From Chloroflexota bacterium (lineage in GTDB: Bacteria; Chloroflexota; UBA11872): a stretch of DNA of 64,000 nucleotides. The stretch spans positions 4,422 through 68,421 of the forward strand of contig JAJEGF010000001.1 of assembly GCA_022820025.1 (NCBI GenBank), read 5' to 3'. Every line of letters begins with the position of its first letter. Position 1 is the first letter of the stretch. This document shows positions 58,348-64,000 of this stretch, piece after piece. The notes under the pieces were generated by a model. The model did not search any database, had not been told where the DNA came from, and saw nothing but the letters and a program-made list of their open reading frames with translations. Both the position numbers and the translations under genes were made by a program.

Positions 58348-59028
58348 ATGGCTGCACGTGCGCCGGTGGGGTCGCGGGTGGCGGCGCTGGTGAGCGGGCT
58401 GGACAGCTGCATCATGGCCGGGCTGCTGGCGCGTGAGTATGGCGAGGTGACACCGCTGTTCGTGCGCGCGGGCCTGCGCTGGGAAGACGCGGAACTGGCG
58501 GCGCTGGCGCGGTTTTTCAGCGCGCTGGATGCGCCGGCGGTGCGGCCGATCGTGGAGTTGGCGTTCGATATCCGGTCGGTCTACGGGTCGCACTGGAGCG
58601 TGGGCGGATCGGAGGTTCCCGACGCGCAGCAGCCGGACGAGGTGTGGTACCTGCCGGGGCGCAATCTGCTACTGCTGGGGGCGGCGGCGCTTTACGGCGG
58701 GGTGCACGAGACGCCGAACCTGGCGATCGGGCTGCTGGCGAGCAACCCGTTTCCGGACGCGACGACGGAATTTCTGCGGAGCCTGGAGCGGACGGCGGGG
58801 CTGGCGATGGATACGAGCTTTACGGTGCTGACCCCGCTGGGCGACATGCACAAGGACGACGTGGTTCGGGCCGGGCAAGGGATGCCGGTGGAGGAGGCGC
58901 TGTCCTGCGCCAGCCCGGTGGACGGCGGGCACTGCGGGGTGTGCGGGAAGTGCGGCGAGCGGCGGCGAGGGTTTATCGACGCGGGGATGCGGGACCCGAC
59001 GGATTACGCGGCATTGGGGCCGCTTTAG
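58348..59028 (+). CDS. queC: 7-cyano-7-deazaguanine synthase (QueC family)
   Basis: It has a PP-loop-like LVSGLDS and a C-terminal zinc motif CGVCGKCGERRRGF. The start is uncertain (track 58315). Confidence 0.8.
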   Translation: MAARAPVGSRVAALVSGLDSCIMAGLLAREYGEVTPLFVRAGLRWEDAELAALARFFSALDAPAVRPIVELAFDIRSVYGSHWSVGGSEVPDAQQPDEVWYLPGRNLLLLGAAALYGGVHETPNLAIGLLASNPFPDATTEFLRSLERTAGLAMDTSFTVLTPLGDMHKDDVVRAGQGMPVEEALSCASPVDGGHCGVCGKCGERRRGFIDAGMRDPTDYAALGPL

Positions 59029-59224
59029 CTCTCCAGATCTTGGGGTGGTTGGGGCCGGTGGGCGAGGCCGACCATCACCCCGGCCCGATGCCGGCGGCGA
59101 CGTGTGCGTAACCGCAGGCACGGTTGCCCGGAAGACCGCACCCTAGCCGCTCCCCGAGGAAGGCATTAAGGCGGAGGCGTGACCGAAACGGTCACCCCTG
59201 GCTCCGTTCGCGTCGTGGGCGGGG

Positions 59225-59395
59225 TGGGCGTCCGGAAGAGGCCGGTTGGAAGCCGGCCGGTACGCAGGCGGGGGCGGGGACGCCGGGATGGTGGCGGGGT
59301 TGGGAGCTGCATCCGGGGGGTGGTTCGACACGGGCCGCCGAAGACTCTGGCCCGGCCACTTCGACAAGCTCAGGACAGGCTCACCACGAACGGCT
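59225..59395. repeat. Second locus of the dispersed GC-rich repeat family (modules shared with 1700-1930)
   Basis: gaggccggttggaagccggccggtacgcagg at ~59237-59275 matches gaggccggttagaaaccggccggtacgcaag at ~1748-1788 with compensatory stem changes. gacgccgggatggtggcgggg matches the gacgccgggatg[a/g]cgga motif. tcgacaagctcaggacaggctcac at ~59362-59385 matches tcgacaagctgggagcaggctcac at ~1709-1732. Confidence 0.45.
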
Positions 59396-60224
59396 AGGGG
59401 CCGTCGACGCCAATGTCCGTGGGGGCGATGTCGACGACCAGGAGGGATTCGTGGTTGCCGGGGTTGGTGGCGAGGAGGCGGCCGCCGGGGGCGAAGGCGG
59501 CGGAGCGGCCGGTGACGCGGTGGGGCCAGTGGGGGCGTTCGTTGAACCTGGCGCGAGGGTCCTTGGCGTCGACGTAGAGGGCGAAGACGCCGAGGCGTTG
59601 GGCGAGGTTTTGGGCGCGGCGCTTGAGGGTGTCGCGGCGGTTGAAGTCGAGGATCTGGTCCCATGAGGTTCCGGCGTTCTGGAAGTCCTTGATGCAGTCG
59701 AAGTGGGGCTGAAGGATGACGCGGGCGCCGAGGCCGACCAGGGTGTCGTGGATGGCGGGGGACTCGTTGTCGGCGCAGATGGTGACGCCGATGGAGGTCC
59801 GGCCAAGCTGAAATGGCGCCATGTCGTCGCCGCCGCCGCGGTAGAAGTCCATTTCGCTGGTGGTGGGTTGCAGTTTGCGCTGGACGTGGCGCAGGCCGTC
59901 GGCATCCACGATGACGTAGGCGTTGAAGGGCTTGGGCGCGAGGCCGCGTTCGGCGATGCCGGCGCCGATGGCGAGGCCGTGGGTCCCGGCCATCCGGGTG
60001 AGGCGCCGGGTGGCGGGGCCGGGAATGGGCTCGGCCTGGCGTTCCAGTTCTGCGGGATCGGCGTCGGCGTCGTAGGTGATCCAGGGGCCGTGGACGGAGA
60101 ATTCGGGAAAGAGAACCAGGTTGCAGCCGGCGTCGGCGGCTTGCCCGGTGAAGGCCTCGATCTTGTCGAGGTTCGCGTCCACCTGTCCGCGCCGGGAGCA
60201 GAGGGTGACGAGGCCGATGCGCAT
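59394..60224 (-). CDS. Carbon-nitrogen hydrolase (nitrilase superfamily)
   Basis: It has catalytic Glu (FPEF), Lys and Cys (GVTICADN) residues. Confidence 0.85.
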   Translation of the reverse strand: MRIGLVTLCSRRGQVDANLDKIEAFTGQAADAGCNLVLFPEFSVHGPWITYDADADPAELERQAEPIPGPATRRLTRMAGTHGLAIGAGIAERGLAPKPFNAYVIVDADGLRHVQRKLQPTTSEMDFYRGGGDDMAPFQLGRTSIGVTICADNESPAIHDTLVGLGARVILQPHFDCIKDFQNAGTSWDQILDFNRRDTLKRRAQNLAQRLGVFALYVDAKDPRARFNERPHWPHRVTGRSAAFAPGGRLLATNPGNHESLLVVDIAPTDIGVDGP

Positions 60225-60344
60225 GAGGGTTTCAGTCGGAGGGTTTTAGAGAACGCGTAAGGCTCGCACGGCTGTGGGAACGATGCGCAGTATCTGACGA
60301 GTGAACCGAGTAGGCTCCCATGGCTTCCGAGGGCGGGTACGGCG

Positions 60345-60884
60345 ATGGGCGTGGAACGGGCGGCGGACGGGCGGCAGCTGGTCAGGATTGATGTGCCGGT
60401 GACCGTGCGGACCGCGCGGGTGAGCGAGATGCGGCGGCTGAGCGAGCTGTGGGGTCCGAAGGGCATGGCCTCGCGGCAGCGGCTGCTGCGGCGCTATTTC
60501 CGCGAACAGGCGGACGGGGTGCAGCGCGGGCTGGTGGCGGATTTCAACGGGAATCCGATTGGGCAGTTGTGGGTGCGGTTGCGGCATATCGACCCGTCCA
60601 TCGAGGCCGGGCTGCGGGTGGCGTACGTGCACACGCTGGTGGTGATGCCGGAGTTCCGGCGGCTGGGGGTGGCGGAGGGGCTGGTGCGGAGCGCTTCGGC
60701 CCTGGCCTCCAACCGCGGTTGCACGCACGTGACGATTGGGGTGGACCGGCCGAATGAGGCGGCGCGACGGCTGTACGCGAAGTGGGGATTCGAGCGGTAC
60801 TACGAGAGCTTTGACTTGCGGGGGGACCTGGTGTTCATGCGGCGGGAGGTCTTCGAGGCGGCGGTTCCGGCGGAGGTGCGGTGA
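60345..60884 (+). CDS. GNAT-family N-acetyltransferase
   Basis: It has VVMPEFRRLGVAEGLV (motif A) and ARRLYAKWGF. Confidence 0.75.
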   Translation: MGVERAADGRQLVRIDVPVTVRTARVSEMRRLSELWGPKGMASRQRLLRRYFREQADGVQRGLVADFNGNPIGQLWVRLRHIDPSIEAGLRVAYVHTLVVMPEFRRLGVAEGLVRSASALASNRGCTHVTIGVDRPNEAARRLYAKWGFERYYESFDLRGDLVFMRREVFEAAVPAEVR

Positions 60885-60908
60885 GCCGTCTCAGCGAACG
60901 CCGCGACG

Positions 60909-61169
60909 TCAGGCATCGCTGTTGATTTCGGCCTCGATTTCCTCGTGCGGGATGTAGTCCGAGGGATCGGTGTCCTTGAGCCGCTGGCGGGCAATCTCAA
61001 GGTCTGACTCGTCCTCAAGGCGTTGGAGCAATTCAGCATCGGCAATGGGTACCAAGGCCACGAGGCCTTTGCCGTGGCGGGTCAGCATGATTCGCTCATC
61101 TCCGTATGCGACTCGGTTGGTGAGTTCGGAGAGATCCCGCCGAGCCTCCGACACGGGCACTTCGTTCAT
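60909..61169 (-). CDS. Phd/YefM-family type II antitoxin (no cognate toxin gene downstream)
   Basis: It has a MNEVPVSEARRDLSELTNRVAYGDERIMLTRHGKGLVALVP fold signature and is 86 aa. Confidence 0.8.
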   Translation of the reverse strand: MNEVPVSEARRDLSELTNRVAYGDERIMLTRHGKGLVALVPIADAELLQRLEDESDLEIARQRLKDTDPSDYIPHEEIEAEINSDA

Positions 61170-61213
61170 GTCCAGTTCCTCCCGTCACAACTGGCGAACG
61201 CACTTCGCCTGAT

Positions 61214-61248
61214 CGTGTCACAAAAGTATATGTTTGTACAAAACATCT
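61214..61248. promoter_or_regulatory. Inverted-repeat candidate operator in an AT-rich promoter region upstream of the phd/yefM-like gene
   Basis: The arms ATGTTT-N5-AAACAT with a TGTACA core lie next to a TGTCACA element, ~45-60 bp upstream of the antitoxin start on its coding strand. Confidence 0.35.
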
Positions 61249-61505
61249 GCGCTTTAGGCGGTTCGCTCGCATCTCGGAGGGCGCAGGGAAATTCGACAGA
61301 TTCCGCTGGCCACAAAGTTCTGCGCCAGGACGATGCGGAGTTGGCGGCGGGCGGTGATTAGGTGGGTTGATCTCCTTGAGGTGGACTACAGGGCAGCGGT
61401 TGTGACGGAGGTGCGGTGATACCATGCGGCGCGTCCGCGCTGGCGCGGTGAGCGTCGCGCGGTTGCGCGCGTTTTGCGGGCGTGAGCCCGGCGGCGGGGG
61501 TCTTG

Positions 61506-62462
61506 ATGCAAGCGTTTCTTAACGGCGAATACATGGACCTGGCGGACGCCAAGGTCAACGTGATGACGCACGCGCTGAATTACGGGACCGGGGTGTTCGA
61601 GGGCATCCGCGCCTACTGGGACGACGAAGAGGAGCAGTTGCTGCTGTTCCGCGTGCGCGAGCATTTCGAGCGGATGCACCAGTCGGCCCGGATCCTGCGG
61701 ATCGGGATTGACTACTCGGTGGACGAGCTCATCGACATCTGCGTCAACGTGCTGCGGGCGGGCAACTTCCGCGAGGACGTGTACGTGCGGCCGCTGGCGT
61801 TCAAGAGCGCGTTGCAAGTCGGGCTGAACATGGTGGCGATGGGGCCGGACGGTCTGCGGCCCATCGAGAACGGCTTCACGCTGTTTGCGCTGCCCTTCGG
61901 CAATTACCTGGACATCGAGAAGCCGATCCGCTGCACGATCTCAGCCTGGCGGCGGGTGAACGACAACATGATCCCGGCGCGCGGCAAGGTGACGGGGATT
62001 TACGTGAACTCGTCGCTGGCCAAGACCGAGGCGCTGGAGTCCGGGTTCGACGAGGCGATCATGCTGACGCACGACGGGCACGTGAGCGAAGGCTCGGGCG
62101 AGAACCTGTTTATCGTGCGCGGCGGCAAGCTGCTGACGCCGTCGCTGAGCGAGGACATCCTGGAAGGCGTGACGCGCGCGACGGTGATGCAGATTGCGCT
62201 GGACGACCTGGGGATCGAGACGATCGAGCGGCCGATCGACCGGACGGAGCTGTATATCGCGGACGAACTGTTCCTGGTTGGCACGGGGGCGCAGATTTCC
62301 CCGGTGCGGGAGATCGACGGGCGCATCATTGGCGACGGGGAGATCGGCCCGGTAACGGGAGCGCTGCAAGATCTCTACTTTGACATCGTGCGCGGCCGCT
62401 CGCCGAAGTATCGTGGGTGGTGTCTGAGCGTGCAGGAACAGGCCGCCGCGCCGCACGCATGA
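61506..62462 (+). CDS. ilvE: Branched-chain amino acid aminotransferase
   Basis: It has a fold-type IV PLP enzyme pattern (EGIRAY, LFLVGTGAQISPV) and is ~318 aa. Confidence 0.9.
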   Translation: MQAFLNGEYMDLADAKVNVMTHALNYGTGVFEGIRAYWDDEEEQLLLFRVREHFERMHQSARILRIGIDYSVDELIDICVNVLRAGNFREDVYVRPLAFKSALQVGLNMVAMGPDGLRPIENGFTLFALPFGNYLDIEKPIRCTISAWRRVNDNMIPARGKVTGIYVNSSLAKTEALESGFDEAIMLTHDGHVSEGSGENLFIVRGGKLLTPSLSEDILEGVTRATVMQIALDDLGIETIERPIDRTELYIADELFLVGTGAQISPVREIDGRIIGDGEIGPVTGALQDLYFDIVRGRSPKYRGWCLSVQEQAAAPHA

Positions 62463-62595
62463 CCGGGAGGCGAAAGGAGGCACGGCCGCGCTGACCGCGA
62501 GACGCCTCCTCCAGCCCACCCGCGTGGGCGGTCCCGCCCCACGATCCGTAGCTCACCGACTCTTTCGACGCCGGCGGCAGCGGCGCGCCTGAGCT

Positions 62596-63339
62596 ATGCC
62601 AAACCTGGAACTCGACGAGCCCACGCTGGAACGCCTGGAAGCGCGGCTGGGGATTCGGTTCAAGGACCAGTCGCTCCTGGCGCAGGCGCTGGTGCATCGA
62701 TCGATCGTGAATGAGGCCGATCTGGGCGATGCGGACAGCAACGAACGGCTGGAGTTCCTGGGCGACGCGGCGCTTGGCCTGGTGGCGGCGGAACTGCTTT
62801 TTCGGCGGTACCCGGAGCGCGCGGAGGGGCTGCTGACGCACGCGCGGGCGTCGCTGGTGAACCTGACGTCGCTGGGCGAGGTCAGCGAGGCGCTGGGTCT
62901 GGGCGAGTTCGTTCAGCTGGGCCGGGGCGAGGACATGAGCGGAGGCCGCGGCCGGTCGAGCGTGCTGGGCCGGGCGTTCGAGGCGGTGCTGGGGGCGGTT
63001 TACCTGGACCAGGGGCTGGAGGCGGTGCGGGAACTGCTGGAGCCCATCCTGATCGGCGAGCTGGACCGGTACGGCTGGGAAGGCCCGGCCAAGGACTTCA
63101 AGTCGCAGCTGCAGGAACATCTGCAAGCCGACGGAGGCACCACGCCTCGATATGAACTGGTGTCAATGGAGGGCCCCGACCACCACCGCGTGTTCACCAT
63201 GGCGGTTCGCTGCGGCGAGACCGTGCTGGCGTCGGGCGTAGGCTTGAGCAAGCAGCGCGCGGAACAGGCCGCGGCGCAGACGGCGTTGACGGTGATCCTC
63301 GAGGCCGAAGGAATGATGGATGTACCTGCGGCGGATTGA
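62596..63339 (+). CDS. rnc: Ribonuclease III
   Basis: It has the RNase III signature ERLEFLGDAALG and a C-terminal dsRBD. Confidence 0.95.
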   Translation: MPNLELDEPTLERLEARLGIRFKDQSLLAQALVHRSIVNEADLGDADSNERLEFLGDAALGLVAAELLFRRYPERAEGLLTHARASLVNLTSLGEVSEALGLGEFVQLGRGEDMSGGRGRSSVLGRAFEAVLGAVYLDQGLEAVRELLEPILIGELDRYGWEGPAKDFKSQLQEHLQADGGTTPRYELVSMEGPDHHRVFTMAVRCGETVLASGVGLSKQRAEQAAAQTALTVILEAEGMMDVPAAD

Positions 63340-64000
63340 CCTGCAGGGCTTCAAGACCTTTCCCAAGCGGACGACGCTGGAGTTCCGGCCCGGGGTGACG
63401 GCCATCGTGGGACCCAACGGCGCGGGCAAGAGCAATCTCTCGGACGCCATCCGCTGGGCCATGGGCGAGCAGACGCCGCGGCTGCTGCGGATTCGGCGGG
63501 CCGAAGACGTGATCTTCGGCGGCTCGGAGTCACGAGCGCGAACCGGCATGGCGGACGTGCGGCTGACCTTCGACAACGCCGAGGACTGGCTGCCGACCGA
63601 GTTCGGCGAGGTGGTGATCGGACGCCGGCTGTTCCGGTCGGGGACTTCGGACTACACGATCAATGGAGCGCGGGTGCGCCTGCGGGACGTGCTGGACCTG
63701 ATGAGCGCGGGGGCGGCCAGCCACGGCGGCCACTCGGTGATCAACCAGGGCCAGGTGGAGCAGGTGTTGCAGCAGCGACCGGAGGACCGGCGGGCCTTTC
63801 TGGAAGAAGCCGCCGGGGTGGCTCGCTACTACGCGCGGCGCGACCAGGCGTGGCGGCGCTTGACCGAGACGCGGCGGAATCTGCAGCGCTTACGGGACCT
63901 GGCGGCGGAGATCGAGTCCCGGTTGGACACCCTGCGGGCGCAGGCACAGGTCGCGGCGCGCGGCGCGGACCTGCAGCGCGAATTGCGCGAGGGTCAATTG
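63320..64000 (+). CDS. smc: Chromosome segregation protein SMC (N-terminal part, continuing beyond the window end)
   Basis: It reads MYLRRIDLQGFKTF...GPNGAGKSNLSDAIRWAMGEQ (Walker A) followed by coiled coil. It overlaps the rnc 3' end by 20 nt. It is absent from the track because it has no stop in the window. Confidence 0.9.
   Translation, partial: MYLRRIDLQGFKTFPKRTTLEFRPGVTAIVGPNGAGKSNLSDAIRWAMGEQTPRLLRIRRAEDVIFGGSESRARTGMADVRLTFDNAEDWLPTEFGEVVIGRRLFRSGTSDYTINGARVRLRDVLDLMSAGAASHGGHSVINQGQVEQVLQQRPEDRRAFLEEAAGVARYYARRDQAWRRLTETRRNLQRLRDLAAEIESRLDTLRAQAQVAARGADLQRELREGQL

Noticed and set aside
59300-59345. tRNA-like T-arm (ggtggttcgacacgggcc)
   Set aside because: No complementary acceptor or anticodon stems could be built around it, and it lies inside the dispersed repeat.

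Overview
This is a 64-kb window of a high-GC (~68% outside bp 1-1000) bacterial chromosome. Start codons are often GTG or TTG, and there are Tat signal peptides and a selenocysteine-containing selD. Gene content is compatible with a Chloroflexota/Thermomicrobia-like or actinobacterial genome, but the taxon cannot be fixed from sequence alone. About 60 genes are supported, and many shadow ORFs in the six-frame track are antisense or low-complexity artefacts of GC richness. The core genes include a CobW-type GTPase, site-2 protease, mnmE, a ThDP enzyme, a B12-radical-SAM protein, lpdA, gpsA, the pdhA-pdhB-E2 operon, selD, tyrS, tag, ilvE, rnc-smc and queC/queD. These are mixed with envelope and secreted proteins: GH clan-A hydrolases, an O-antigen-ligase-like fusion, a LysM protein, ugd, a solute-binding protein (SBP), and a beta-lactamase-like protein. 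Candidates for an undescribed system, in the order I would pursue them: (1) Two tandemly duplicated small-protein genes that are translationally coupled to a retropepsin-like aspartic protease. (2) Three tandem paralogs of a polytopic membrane protein with a C-terminal zinc ribbon, two of which are disrupted by a 1-nt frameshift and by an in-frame TGA. (3) A low-GC edge (bp 1-1000) carrying the N-terminal 327 codons of an OLD-family P-loop ATPase, typical of defense islands, whose partner genes lie outside the window. (4) A dispersed GC-rich modular repeat family in two intergenic regions. Smaller observations are a protein built from nine 33-bp tandem repeats next to a small membrane-protein gene, a Sec-containing SelD that the ORF track splits, an SHMT-GcvT fusion, an orphan Phd/YefM antitoxin with an inverted-repeat operator, and a K-channel with a non-canonical filter.
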